64,000 nucleotides of DNA from an uncultured bacterium. GTDB lineage: Bacteria > Nitrospirota > Thermodesulfovibrionia > Thermodesulfovibrionales > CALJEL01. Shown here in pieces: positions 1 through 9,301 of this stretch; the first letter of the stretch is position 1; each line of letters begins with the position of its first letter. The notes beneath the pieces are model-generated. The model was given only the letters and a program-made list of their open reading frames with translations. It did not search any database and was not told where the DNA came from. The DNA lies in assembly GCA_938074335.1 (NCBI GenBank), contig CALJEL010000023.1, positions 1,554 through 65,553 on the forward strand, read 5' to 3'. Position numbers and translations under genes: made by a program.

Positions 1-1
1 G

Positions 2-757
2 AGTTTTTATTTTCTCGGTAGATTTGATGAGGCTGAAAGATACATAAAGTTAATAGAAAGAGATGAACAGGCAAAGATAATTTATTATCTTATCATCTCT
101 CAAAAAGGAAAAAGGGAAGAGGCCTTAAAATTACTTTCCGAAATAGGTACACCCCAGGCGCTTACTGCCAGGGCAATGATTATAAAAAACAGCAACCCTG
201 AGGATGCACTTAACCTTTTGAATGAGGCCATAGCAAGGGATCCAGAGTATTTCTGGGCATGGTTTTACAGGGGTCTTATACTTGAAGAAAGAGAGGACTT
301 TATGAATGCAGCAAAGGCATATAAAAATGCTGTGAGGATAAATCCATTCTTTGCACAGGCACATAATAATCTTGGTTATTGTTATAAGGAGATGCATTAT
401 TATTCATGGGCGGTTGAAGAGTATCTCAAGGCAATAGACCTTATACCAGACAATGCGGGCTATTATTACAACCTTGGGAATGCCTATACTCACCTGGAAA
501 AGATAGATGAGGCCTTTAATGCCTATAAAAAGGCAGTAGACCTTGACCCTTCCTTTGCAAAGGCACATTACAATCTTGCAAGGACATATTTAAGAAAGGA
601 TATGGTCAGAGAGGCTATAGAGGAATTTAAACTTTATTTAAAATATGCTAATAAAGAAGTCTTCAGCTTCGTTGCCTCAAAAGAGGCGGTTGAGGAAGAG
701 ATAGAGCAGCTTGAGAGGTATCTTAAGATGTACGGGCCATCAACACAAAATAGGTAG
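2..757 (+). CDS. TPR-repeat protein, 5' end outside the window
   Basis: The frame of ORF 176..757 stays open back to nt 2 (SFYFLGRFDEAERYIKLIERDEQ...), so the Met at 176 is internal. Repeated 34-aa TPR signatures are present (AWFYRGLILEE..AKAYKNAVRINP, AQAHNNLGYCY, GYYYNLGNAY, AKAHYNLARTY). Confidence 0.8.
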   Translation, partial: SFYFLGRFDEAERYIKLIERDEQAKIIYYLIISQKGKREEALKLLSEIGTPQALTARAMIIKNSNPEDALNLLNEAIARDPEYFWAWFYRGLILEEREDFMNAAKAYKNAVRINPFFAQAHNNLGYCYKEMHYYSWAVEEYLKAIDLIPDNAGYYYNLGNAYTHLEKIDEAFNAYKKAVDLDPSFAKAHYNLARTYLRKDMVREAIEEFKLYLKYANKEVFSFVASKEAVEEEIEQLERYLKMYGPSTQNR

Positions 758-764
758 GGTGAAG

Positions 765-1769
765 ATGAACTATCGGGCTTTTAAATTACTCTATGCATGG
801 AAAGATTTGAATGGCAAATTTAATCTTGCTGTCTGTGGCTTGTTGCTCCTTCTTTCATTTATCCTGTCCTGCGCCCCATCTATCAGGAAGGATATAGATC
901 TCTCCTTTTTTAAAAACAGGGATGACTCACTTAAGAGGGCAATTATTATCAATTCCATAGAAGAGAGAAACAGGGCAGTTGAGGATGATATCAAATGGAT
1001 AAACACCGCCTATGAGAGATTTCTGATAAAGAGCCTTTATGATATAAATGAAGAGGATTATGCTCAGTATTCAGGATACCTTGATAATGGTTCTGTTTAC
1101 ATAATAGTCCATCCAGCCTACTATACCTTCTTTCAGAGGCCTCTTTTCCCTTTTGATGATGTCATATCCGTTGACAACGAGCTTGACAGACTTCTGGGAG
1201 AACCAAATTTTTCTCCAAAGACTACACTTATTAAGGCACAGGAAAAGGCGCTCAGGGATTTTCTTGAATATGCCTCCACAACAAAAAGGCTTGTTATCCT
1301 GATACTGCCAGGAGGTTACAAGAAATATGATGGCTATAAATTTAAGGGCCATAGAGATGAGTTCAGGCGTTATATAAACGAGGTTACGAATGAATCAGAA
1401 TCAGTGGTATATATGTATTCAAAGAAGCCGAACAGAGGTCTCCTCACTGAAAAGGATACGGCAAGATTACTGAAATTCCTCTCGGCAATTAAACCCAGGA
1501 ATATCCTTATCGGAGGTGGTTATCTTGGTAGATGTCTTGAGGATTTCTGGAGAACCATTGAACCCTTTTACAGTGAAAGAATTTATCTTGTGCCCGAGCT
1601 TGTAGCAATCTCTCCATCAGATATGGGTGTCTTTCAAGCCTATGGTATGCTCAGGTCTGATGGAACTGTTGATATTGAAAAGCTTACCGAGAACATAAGG
1701 AATAATAATATCGGAAACCAGGATATACAGCCACGGTTGAAGAATATGTCTGACATTAATGAGCGTTGA
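765..1769 (+). CDS. Hypothetical lipoprotein
   Basis: ATG at 765 follows GGGTGAAG and lies just after the upstream stop (755-757). The track start at 711 is a TTG overlapping the upstream gene. It has a signal peptide with lipobox SFILS-C. No domain recognised. Confidence 0.6.
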   Translation: MNYRAFKLLYAWKDLNGKFNLAVCGLLLLLSFILSCAPSIRKDIDLSFFKNRDDSLKRAIIINSIEERNRAVEDDIKWINTAYERFLIKSLYDINEEDYAQYSGYLDNGSVYIIVHPAYYTFFQRPLFPFDDVISVDNELDRLLGEPNFSPKTTLIKAQEKALRDFLEYASTTKRLVILILPGGYKKYDGYKFKGHRDEFRRYINEVTNESESVVYMYSKKPNRGLLTEKDTARLLKFLSAIKPRNILIGGGYLGRCLEDFWRTIEPFYSERIYLVPELVAISPSDMGVFQAYGMLRSDGTVDIEKLTENIRNNNIGNQDIQPRLKNMSDINER

Positions 1770-1959
1770 GTTTGAAAAGCCGATGAATTCTAAGTTCTTA
1801 TAGATTCCAATAGAAAATGTCACTGAAATGGCTCAGTTCATGAGAGTGACATTGTGACAGGCTACACAGTGCCTTAGTGAGGCGGCACTAAGAGCAGTGC
1901 CATGTGGCATCCTAAATTTTATTGGCAAAAGCGGAGAAGTAAAAAAGCTATTTCTATTT

Positions 1960-1968
1960 TGTTATAAT
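1960..1968 (+). promoter_or_regulatory. Sigma70-type extended -10 element TGTTATAAT
   Basis: TGnTATAAT sits about 40 nt upstream of the 13-haem cytochrome start. An AGGAGG Shine-Dalgarno lies at 1998-2003. Confidence 0.45.
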
Positions 1969-2009
1969 CAATTAATCTCTATAAAGCCCCTAATATCAGG
2001 AGGATGGAT

Positions 2010-3044
2010 ATGAGAAAGATAGGTTTTATCATAGTCCTTTCATTAATTATCCTGATCTTTCCTCTGACCAATTCCAAGGCAGAGGAGGTTGATTGTCTCA
2101 TGTGTCACGGTGCACTTGGTAAGGAGCGAGTAGTTCATCTAGCCCTGCAGATGGGGTGCACCACCTGTCATGTGGCAGTTGATGCCACAAAGTTTCCACA
2201 TAAGTTTACAAACAAGGTCACAAAGGGTCTTTCCTCTGAGCAGCCAGAGCTCTGCTATGGCTGTCATGACAAGGCAAAGTTTACAAAAAAGTCAGTCCAC
2301 ATGGCAGTAAGCATGGGATGCACAGGATGTCACAACCCGCATAGCTCAAAGAATGATAAGCTTCTCAAGTCATCTCCACCAGAACTCTGCTATAGCTGTC
2401 ATGACTCAAAGGCCTTTACAGGTAAGAAGACGGTTCATATGCCTGTGATGGGTGGAATGTGCACATCCTGTCACAGTCCTCATTCAACTGATACAGGAAA
2501 GCTCCTGATTTCAGAGCCTCCTGAGGTCTGCTATAGCTGTCATGACAGGGCAAAGTTCACTGACAAATTTATACATGCACCTGTTGGAATGGGTATGTGT
2601 ACCATGTGTCATGTGCCCCATCAATCAGAAAATGAAAAACTCCTTACCTCTGCTACACCTGATCTATGTTACAACTGTCATGATAAAGCTCTTTTTTCAA
2701 AGAAGAATGTTCATATGCCGGTGATGGGCGGCATGTGCATGAGCTGTCATAAGCCACATGCAGCATCAGAGACCCAGCTTCTTCTGAAAGAGCCAGTAGA
2801 GGTCTGCCTTGAGTGCCATCCCAATGTAAGAAAAACTCCCCATGCCGTTGCTGGTTTTTCTCAAGCAGGACACCCGGTAGGTCTTACAAAAAAGGGTAGA
2901 AAACCCCTGGTTGACCCTGCGAGACCCGGGAAGCAGTTCTACTGCGGTAGCTGTCACAATCCTCACAGCTCAGACTGGATGGCTTTATTCAGGTATCAGG
3001 CAAATTCAGCCATGGGCATATGTACCTATTGCCATAAGTATTAG
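2010..3044 (+). CDS. Secreted 13-haem c-type cytochrome (doubled-CXXCH repeat type)
   Basis: Signal peptide MRKIGFIIVLSLIILIFPLTNSKA. I count 13 CXXCH motifs, arranged as repeated pairs of the form C-Y-x-C-H-D..F....VH.PV..G.C..CH.PH. I prefer the ATG at 2010 (6 nt after AGGAGG) over the ATG at 2004, which abuts the SD. Confidence 0.9.
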   Translation: MRKIGFIIVLSLIILIFPLTNSKAEEVDCLMCHGALGKERVVHLALQMGCTTCHVAVDATKFPHKFTNKVTKGLSSEQPELCYGCHDKAKFTKKSVHMAVSMGCTGCHNPHSSKNDKLLKSSPPELCYSCHDSKAFTGKKTVHMPVMGGMCTSCHSPHSTDTGKLLISEPPEVCYSCHDRAKFTDKFIHAPVGMGMCTMCHVPHQSENEKLLTSATPDLCYNCHDKALFSKKNVHMPVMGGMCMSCHKPHAASETQLLLKEPVEVCLECHPNVRKTPHAVAGFSQAGHPVGLTKKGRKPLVDPARPGKQFYCGSCHNPHSSDWMALFRYQANSAMGICTYCHKY

Positions 3045-3298
3045 GGGCTCTCTTTTGTAAAAAGAAGAAAGATTGAGATTAATAAGATATTCATTATAAA
3101 CTATTAGCATGATACATAACTTAGGTATAACTGATAAAGAGCTCTTTCCTCTAATGGTAACTTATTTAGTAGAACCAGCGCTTGAAGATTTTGCAAGAAA
3201 TAATGGAATAAATATAAACTGGTCTTATGAAATTTAATGAAATAGATAACCTGAAGATCATTACCCTTTTTAATATTAGGATGGACTGGAGGATAAAT

Positions 3299-4372
3299 AT
3301 GGAATTAAGAAAAAAGATTTTTTCAGGTAGTATAATCTTGTTCTTTTCAATCTTTATATTTACACTTCTTACAGGATGTGCCTCTCCACCAAAAGAGGAG
3401 TGGGATCCCTTTAAACTTGTCTGGCCACTTCCCCCTGAAAAACCGAGAATTAAGTATAAGGATACACTGAGGTCAGAAGAGGATGTTAAGCCAAAGAAGG
3501 GTATAGCTGAAAGTATATTTGGCGAGGAGAGGCAGATGGCTCTTATGAAGCCTTACGGTGTTGTAACTGATGAAGAGGGCAGGGTATATGTCTCTGATGT
3601 AGGGAAGATCGTTATATTTGATAAGAAATCCCAGAAGCTCTCTACAATAGGAGACCGAGGTCCTGTAAGACTTATAAGACCCCTTGGACTTTTTTATGAC
3701 AAAAAAGACAAGCTTCTTTATGTTGCTGACAGCGGCCTTGACAGGGTAATTGTCTATGACCTAAATGGTAATCCTCTGAGGGAAATGGGGCAGCGCGGAG
3801 AGTTGAAAGATCCTGGAGGAGTGGTGGTTGATAATGTTCGTAACAGGGTATATATAACAAATACAAAAAATCATGTGATAAGTGTTTTCAATACAGAAGG
3901 TTATTTGGTAGAGAATCTTGGAGAAAGGGGTGTTGACCCTGGATATTTCAATTTTCCAACGCAGATAGCCATAGATTCAGATGGTAATATCTATGTAGTT
4001 GATACAGGGAATTTCAGGGTTCAGGTACTCACTCCAGAAGGCAAGCCTTTAAGGCAGATTGGAGGTATAGGAGTAAGGATAGGTCAATTTGCAAGACCCA
4101 AGGGGATTGGAATAAGTCCTCAGGGTTATATCTTTGTTACTGATGCCATGCATCACGGAGTAACGGTCTTTGATAAAGATGGCACCCTTCTGCTTGGCTG
4201 GGGTTCAAGGGGCTGGGAAAAGGGTCTTTTTGACCTTCCTGCTGGTATCTATATAGATGAAAGGAATTTGATATATGTGGTGAGTCAGTGGACTGCAAAG
4301 GTTGATATATTTGAGCTTATAACCTATCCAGAGGATATAGAAAAGCCATCAGAATCCCGGAAGGCTCAGTGA
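3299..4372 (+). CDS. NHL-repeat six-bladed beta-propeller lipoprotein
   Basis: GGAGG lies 8 nt before the ATG at 3299, and the lipobox is LLTG-C. There are six NHL-type blades (VYVSDVGKIVIFD, LYVADSGLDRVIVYD, VYITNTKNHVISVF, IYVVDTGNFRVQVL, IFVTDAMHHGVTVFD, IYVVSQWTAKVDIF). It is a paralogue of 17047..18078 and shares the N-terminal PEKPRI(K/R)Y motif. Confidence 0.85.
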   Translation: MELRKKIFSGSIILFFSIFIFTLLTGCASPPKEEWDPFKLVWPLPPEKPRIKYKDTLRSEEDVKPKKGIAESIFGEERQMALMKPYGVVTDEEGRVYVSDVGKIVIFDKKSQKLSTIGDRGPVRLIRPLGLFYDKKDKLLYVADSGLDRVIVYDLNGNPLREMGQRGELKDPGGVVVDNVRNRVYITNTKNHVISVFNTEGYLVENLGERGVDPGYFNFPTQIAIDSDGNIYVVDTGNFRVQVLTPEGKPLRQIGGIGVRIGQFARPKGIGISPQGYIFVTDAMHHGVTVFDKDGTLLLGWGSRGWEKGLFDLPAGIYIDERNLIYVVSQWTAKVDIFELITYPEDIEKPSESRKAQ

Positions 4373-6090
4373 TGTTTCAATAAGTATTCCAGGTCTTTAA
4401 GCCTTTCTTTCAGGGTAAGATTAAAGGGTGATATCCTGAGACCCCTTTCATAGCTCTCCCTTGCCTTATCATATCTCTTTACCTTTATCTGAAGGTCACC
4501 CATGGCAATGTAAAGAGATATGTTTTTGGGAGTTTTTTTAAGCATAAGCTCCACCTGACCTATGAGGTCATCTATTAAATAATTCTTCGGTATAGAGTAT
4601 TTATAAATAACCATTGAATTCTGGGCAGAGCTTTTAACAAAGACAACAGAATTCCCCCTGAAAAAAACAGGCACCCAGTTTGTATCATCCAGTAACGAAC
4701 TAACAAGGGGGATGACCTGGCCACTCACACTGAAGACAGGTATCAATATATATTCTATTCTGTAACTTTCAAGGATTGCCTTCCAGAAGGGCATACCCAT
4801 TATCTCCGGGGTCCTCACCGCATTATCAATGCTCATTGATTGCATATAAAGGTATTCATAAAGCTGTCTTCCATCTATGAAGACCTTTTTTTCTGGATAA
4901 AACCTCCATATGAGATAACCTCCCCAGTCATAATGATTATACATATTGCCCTTTATATTGTTTTCCTTTATAAACTTAAAGGCTGCATCGGGATAATAAC
5001 CGCTTACCCATGACAGGGACCGGAGGTTTTTTACATTTTTAAGGTTACTGTATTCACCCATTATCACAAAAATAAATAGACTGAAACCAAGAAGCACCGA
5101 GAGGATCAAATACCTGGGGATGACCTTTAACCTTCCTAATGTTTCAGCCACTACTGGTATTGCCCATATAAGGAAAAAGGCAACATACCTGATCTGTGTG
5201 AAGGAAAAGTATCCAAGCCCTGCAAGGAGTATATGCTCAGGCATTACTATCTTTAATTTGAAGAACCTTATAAGAAGACCTGTTGTGGCTATGATTAAGA
5301 GCAGCCAGTAAAGGCCTATGGTCAGGTCTCCTGCCCCGAAGAAAGCGTTTATGGTTGATTGATATTCCACAATACCCTGTCTCATAGAAGAGGGCATGAT
5401 AAGGGTCTGGACAATGGCATTATAGGTGCATGGATTTATGAATCCAGATATTATTCCTGCTGAGCCCCATAGAAAAAGTTTTTTATCCCTTTTTTCTTTA
5501 AAAAATTCAGATGCCATATATGCTGCAATGGTAATGGAACCAAGGATATAGCCACCATGCATATTAGACCATAGGGGCATGAGGAGTGGTATGAGACCAT
5601 ATCTTTTTATATCCAGTAAATAGAGCAATATACCGAAGAATACAAAGGACCAGACCTGTGGTCTATCAAGTGGATATACAGAAAGAAGGGATATAGAGAA
5701 TACTATAAGTAACGAGAATATAAGTGCCCTGTCCTCTATATCCCTTAATAGGTTCCTTCTATAAATTATATATATGAGCAGTCCTGCTACAATAAACCTT
5801 ATTAGGATGATACCATTAAAACCAATTACCTTAAAAAAAGACCAGTATAGGAGCTGACTGAGCCAGTAAGACCTGAGGATGAATAATTCCCTTGAACTGA
5901 GAAGTGCTGGTGTGGTATAAGAAAAGGGATCATAGGATGGCAGTCTATGGTTATCCCATATCCATCTGCCTGTTGCAATATGCCAGAAGAAATCAGGGTC
6001 TGATACTGACCTTAAAAGATAGGAAAGGACAATGCCTGTTAATGCTGTTAATATGATTGAATTAATTATAAGCCTCTTTTTCATTGACAT
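4366..6090 (-). CDS. Polytopic membrane protein, GT-C-like glycosyltransferase candidate (paralogue A of 3) with C-terminal TPR-like tail
   Basis: The 574-aa protein has many hydrophobic segments. The first-loop motif is SDPDFFWHIATG. It also carries DRPQVWSF, WSNMHGGY, INPCTYN and YDWGGY-x9-KVFIDGR (nt 4867-4929). All motifs are shared with 7625..9301 and 10786..12447. Confidence 0.6.
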   Translation of the reverse strand: MSMKKRLIINSIILTALTGIVLSYLLRSVSDPDFFWHIATGRWIWDNHRLPSYDPFSYTTPALLSSRELFILRSYWLSQLLYWSFFKVIGFNGIILIRFIVAGLLIYIIYRRNLLRDIEDRALIFSLLIVFSISLLSVYPLDRPQVWSFVFFGILLYLLDIKRYGLIPLLMPLWSNMHGGYILGSITIAAYMASEFFKEKRDKKLFLWGSAGIISGFINPCTYNAIVQTLIMPSSMRQGIVEYQSTINAFFGAGDLTIGLYWLLLIIATTGLLIRFFKLKIVMPEHILLAGLGYFSFTQIRYVAFFLIWAIPVVAETLGRLKVIPRYLILSVLLGFSLFIFVIMGEYSNLKNVKNLRSLSWVSGYYPDAAFKFIKENNIKGNMYNHYDWGGYLIWRFYPEKKVFIDGRQLYEYLYMQSMSIDNAVRTPEIMGMPFWKAILESYRIEYILIPVFSVSGQVIPLVSSLLDDTNWVPVFFRGNSVVFVKSSAQNSMVIYKYSIPKNYLIDDLIGQVELMLKKTPKNISLYIAMGDLQIKVKRYDKARESYERGLRISPFNLTLKERLKDLEYLLKHH

Positions 6091-6122
6091 TATATTAACA
6101 CAACTTACAATAACAGTCCATT

Positions 6123-6158
6123 GTGAATTTTCACTCAGTAGAATGTGTGAAATTTCAC
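6123..6158. promoter_or_regulatory. Two 12-bp palindromes, GTGAATTTTCAC (6123-6134) and GTGAAATTTCAC (6147-6158); candidate upstream activator sites
   Basis: The half-sites are perfect or near-perfect inverted repeats of the form GTGAA-N2-TTCAC. Their centres are 24 bp apart, and they lie 54-78 bp upstream of the sigma54 -24 element at 6212, in a divergent intergenic region. Confidence 0.4.
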
Positions 6159-6211
6159 ATTATCTTTGAGATGATTTTCCATAAGTCCTTTAAATTCCAA
6201 TATAATTTTTC

Positions 6212-6227
6212 TGGCATAGATATTGCT
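6212..6227 (+). promoter_or_regulatory. Sigma54-type -24/-12 promoter TGGCATAGATATTGCT
   Basis: GG-N10-GC spacing matches the TGGCAC-N5-TTGCW consensus. It lies about 60 nt upstream of the ATG at 6286. Confidence 0.6.
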
Positions 6228-6285
6228 TATTAATAATAGCTGCCACATGGTGGCACTTCAATCTATAATGAAAGGAGGTGCTAAG

Positions 6286-6942
6286 ATGAAAAAGGCATTA
6301 ATCATTGCCCTCTGTCTGGTCTTTGTTATTGCTGGAGTGGCGGTGGCAGGTATCAGGTATTCAAAGCATGACCTGAGCTCAAGCGGTGGTCAGAATACAA
6401 GGTCAACTAATGTGGATGAGGTCTGTGTATTCTGCCATACCCCACATGCCTCAAACACATCTATGACAGCAGCACCACTCTGGAACAGGAGTGACAATAG
6501 CACAACATGGTCAAATACAAATGCCTACACTTCACCTACTATGGATGGCACATCAACAGGCCCAAATAATGCAAACCCCATTTCAAAGGCATGCCTCAGC
6601 TGTCATGACGGTAATGTGGGAGATGAGACACTTGTAAATGGACCCGGCTCAGGTACAAATACTATTACTATCCAGTGGCAGAATGCCATTTACAGCACTG
6701 TGGCTAACCTCAACGACACCGCAGGCCTTACAAACGACCATCCAATAGGCTTGAATATGGCAGCAATTAGTGCGCTTGACAATGAAATCTATAATTCACC
6801 GCAGAATGCTAACCTCAGGCTCTTTAATGGCCTTGTTGAGTGTGCCACATGCCACAGCGTGCACAACAGTACAAACTATCAGCCATTCCTTGCAATGAGC
6901 AATGCAGGTTCTGCCATGTGCCTTGCATGCCACAACAAGTAA
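6286..6942 (+). CDS. Secreted tetrahaem c-type cytochrome (paralogue 1 of 4)
   Basis: AAAGGAGGTG precedes the ATG at 6286. The track start at 6223 is a TTG inside the promoter. Signal peptide MKKALIIALCLVFVIAGVAVAG. Four CXXCH motifs (CVFCH, CLSCH, CATCH, CLACH). Family motifs are KHDLS, APLWNR and DHPIG. Confidence 0.9.
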   Translation: MKKALIIALCLVFVIAGVAVAGIRYSKHDLSSSGGQNTRSTNVDEVCVFCHTPHASNTSMTAAPLWNRSDNSTTWSNTNAYTSPTMDGTSTGPNNANPISKACLSCHDGNVGDETLVNGPGSGTNTITIQWQNAIYSTVANLNDTAGLTNDHPIGLNMAAISALDNEIYNSPQNANLRLFNGLVECATCHSVHNSTNYQPFLAMSNAGSAMCLACHNK

Positions 6943-6958
6943 GAAAATTTTTTAAAAA

Positions 6959-6988
6959 GGGGTGAGAAAACTCACCCCTTTTTTATTT
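6959..6988 (+). terminator. Rho-independent terminator
   Basis: GGGGTGAG-aaaa-CTCACCCC forms a perfect 8-bp stem followed by TTTTTTATTT, 17 nt after the stop codon. Confidence 0.8.
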
Positions 6989-6998
6989 AATCAGGGTC

Positions 6999-7007
6999 TG
7001 CTATAAT
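6999..7007 (+). promoter_or_regulatory. Extended -10 element TGCTATAAT, 6 nt upstream of the ATG at 7014 (leaderless-type arrangement)
   Basis: TGnTATAAT is followed by ttcctt and then ATG. There is no Shine-Dalgarno sequence. Confidence 0.45.
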
Positions 7008-7013
7008 TTCCTT

Positions 7014-7649
7014 ATGAAAAAGGTTTCTTTTAAGATAATACTTTTGTTTTTGCTACATGTCTCAGCCTCTCATGCAGGGATTGATGGCTCAGGTCATGAC
7101 CTGAGACCTCCTCATAGCAAGGACCTTGCCTGTATTTACTGCCATCCACCCTATGGAGATGCTGGTTTAAATCAAAGATGGACCTCTGAGACCCGTTCAT
7201 GGATAGAACAAAATGGCAAGAAAAAGAAACCCCTTTTAAAGGCAGCAAGGATTTGCCTTGGCTGTCATGATGGAAATATGGCCATGGATTCACTTCTTAA
7301 TCTACCAGAGGTAAAGAGGATTACCATAAGGTCAAGAAGGTGGAAGGAGCTTGATGACTCAGGTTTCAAGGTCTATGGAAGGAGCAAATTCAAGGAGGAG
7401 GCAAGGATAATTAAGGTGGTAAACACTGACCAGGTCTATGATGCCACAGACCATCCTATAGGAATAAGGCTCAGTGATTCCTCTTATATAGATGAAGGGC
7501 TTTATAAAGAGCCAATCAATCCATCCTTGAGACTCTTTAAAGGATTTATTGAATGCTTTACCTGCCATTCTGTGCATAACACCACTGCCTACAGCCCCTT
7601 TCTTGTAAGCAGTGGTACTGAATTATGTCTTTCCTGTCACAGAAAATAA
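7014..7649 (+). CDS. Secreted tetrahaem c-type cytochrome (paralogue 2 of 4)
   Basis: It has a signal peptide and four CXXCH motifs (CIYCH, CLGCH, CFTCH, CLSCH). It shares GHDL, DHPIG and LRLFKGFIEC.TCHSVHN..PFL with 6286..6942. Confidence 0.88.
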   Translation: MKKVSFKIILLFLLHVSASHAGIDGSGHDLRPPHSKDLACIYCHPPYGDAGLNQRWTSETRSWIEQNGKKKKPLLKAARICLGCHDGNMAMDSLLNLPEVKRITIRSRRWKELDDSGFKVYGRSKFKEEARIIKVVNTDQVYDATDHPIGIRLSDSSYIDEGLYKEPINPSLRLFKGFIECFTCHSVHNTTAYSPFLVSSGTELCLSCHRK

Positions 7650-9301
7650 AGACAATTATAATAGTTATATTGCTAAGCCTCTTCTTTTTCCTATCCACAG
7701 GTACTGTAAGAGAAGGAGACCTCTTCTGGCATATAAAGACAGGTGAATGGATATGGCATAATAAGGCGATACCTTCAGAGGACCCCTTTACCTATACCTT
7801 TCAGAGATACGACCCTGTCAGGCCTGGCTACATGCGTCAGGAGATAGTGCTGAGGGGATACTGGCTTGGTCAGGTTTTTTATTACCTTGTCTATAGACTC
7901 TTCCAAATAGAAGGCATAATTGTATTCAGGGCATTAATGATAACCCTTGTTCTTTTGATACTTTATTTATTTACAAGGTCTCTTGGTGTCTCTTATGAAT
8001 TAAGTATTGCCTTTTTGATATTTCAGGGACTATGGTTCATGAATGCAGGTGACAGACCCCAGCTCTTCTCCTTTGTTATCTTTCCAGTTGTCCTTTTTCT
8101 TGTGGATTCCCTTAAAGGGGCACGGGATCCATCAAGGGCATTCCTACTTATTGCCCTCATGCTTTTATGGCCAAATCTTCATGGTGGTTATGTAACAGGC
8201 ATTGCTGTTATAGCCCTGTATCTTTTGGGAGTCCTTCTGAGGAGACCCTTTGATTTAAGGTCATGTATTATCTATGTGGGAGCCATATTAGTGACACTCC
8301 TCAATCCAAATACCTATAAAACACTCCTTGGAGTTATTCAAGAAATGAGCGTGGGTGTCCAGGCAAGATTTATTGCAGAAATGCTTTCACCCCTTGAGGT
8401 CTTTAAAGAAGGTTTTTACTATCCCACCTTCTGGCTCAGTCTTCTTATAACAGCAGTGGTTCTTCTGGTTGCACTTATTGAAAGGGTCAATAAAAAAGGT
8501 AGCTCCCTTACAGTTGAGAGGATAGCCATTTTGCTACTCTTTATATTTACAAGCTTGAGACACCAGAGGATGATTCACTTTTTTATGCTCAGTCTTCCCT
8601 TCATTGCCCTTGAGTTAGAGAGGCTTTTAAAGGACAAAAGGATGAATAAGATTGTCAAGAAATCCCTCTTGTTTCTGGGCATTGTGCTGATTTTTCTCGC
8701 TATAAACCCAAAGAATATCCTTAATGCAGACCTGAAGGAGTTATTTCCTGTTGGTTGCGTTAATTTTCTTAATGAGACCTCACCAGAAGGTAATCTCTTT
8801 AACTGGTCTGACTGGGGAGGCTATCTCATGCTTTATGCACCACAGTTCAAGGTCTTTCATGATGGCAGAAGGCTTATGGATGATGTGGAGATCAGCCATA
8901 ATGGGATTGTCAATGGCCTTAATACTCCTATTATGGGTATCCCTGCCTGGCGCGCCTATCTTGATTCATATAAAATAGAGGTCCTAGTGATACCACCTGT
9001 CCACCCACTATTTGGGCAGTTCACAGGACTTGTAAGGGAGCTTTATACTGACAGTGAATTCAGCCTTGTCTATGCAGATAAAAATTGCCTGATCTATCTC
9101 AGACGCGGAGGACCGAATGATCTACTTATTCATAAATACGAACTCCCAAAAGAACTTGGTATTATCAAGGCTATACAGAGGCTACACACCTACAGGACAG
9201 AGTCAGAGAGGCTCTCGAAGATAAGGCTCATAGCAACCCTATACAGACTTATAGGAAGGCATGAGGTAGCAAAGGAATATGAAAAGATGCTTGGACAATA
9301 A
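7625..9301 (+). CDS. Polytopic membrane protein, GT-C-like glycosyltransferase candidate (paralogue B of 3)
   Basis: Its start overlaps the cytochrome stop by 25 nt. Motifs are EGDLFWHIKTG (D codon at 7718-7720), DRPQLFSF, WPNLHGGY, LNPNTYK and SDWGGY-x8-KVFHDGR (8810-8866). Confidence 0.6.
   Translation: MSFLSQKIKTIIIVILLSLFFFLSTGTVREGDLFWHIKTGEWIWHNKAIPSEDPFTYTFQRYDPVRPGYMRQEIVLRGYWLGQVFYYLVYRLFQIEGIIVFRALMITLVLLILYLFTRSLGVSYELSIAFLIFQGLWFMNAGDRPQLFSFVIFPVVLFLVDSLKGARDPSRAFLLIALMLLWPNLHGGYVTGIAVIALYLLGVLLRRPFDLRSCIIYVGAILVTLLNPNTYKTLLGVIQEMSVGVQARFIAEMLSPLEVFKEGFYYPTFWLSLLITAVVLLVALIERVNKKGSSLTVERIAILLLFIFTSLRHQRMIHFFMLSLPFIALELERLLKDKRMNKIVKKSLLFLGIVLIFLAINPKNILNADLKELFPVGCVNFLNETSPEGNLFNWSDWGGYLMLYAPQFKVFHDGRRLMDDVEISHNGIVNGLNTPIMGIPAWRAYLDSYKIEVLVIPPVHPLFGQFTGLVRELYTDSEFSLVYADKNCLIYLRRGGPNDLLIHKYELPKELGIIKAIQRLHTYRTESERLSKIRLIATLYRLIGRHEVAKEYEKMLGQ

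Noticed and set aside
1817-1910. Hairpins after the lipoprotein gene: ATGTCACT...AGTGACAT at 1817-1852, CTTAGTG-N6-CACTAAG at 1873-1892 and GCCATGTGGC at 1899-1908
   Set aside because: None has a U-tract, so they are not canonical terminators. I recognise no riboswitch or sRNA family. The stems are too short to call anything with confidence.
6146-6159. TGTGAAATTTCACA read as a CRP or FNR binding site
   Set aside because: The half-sites TGTGA and TCACA are CRP-like, but the spacer is 4 nt rather than the 6 nt of CRP sites, and the half-sites are not FNR-like (TTGAT). It is therefore reported only as an unassigned palindrome.
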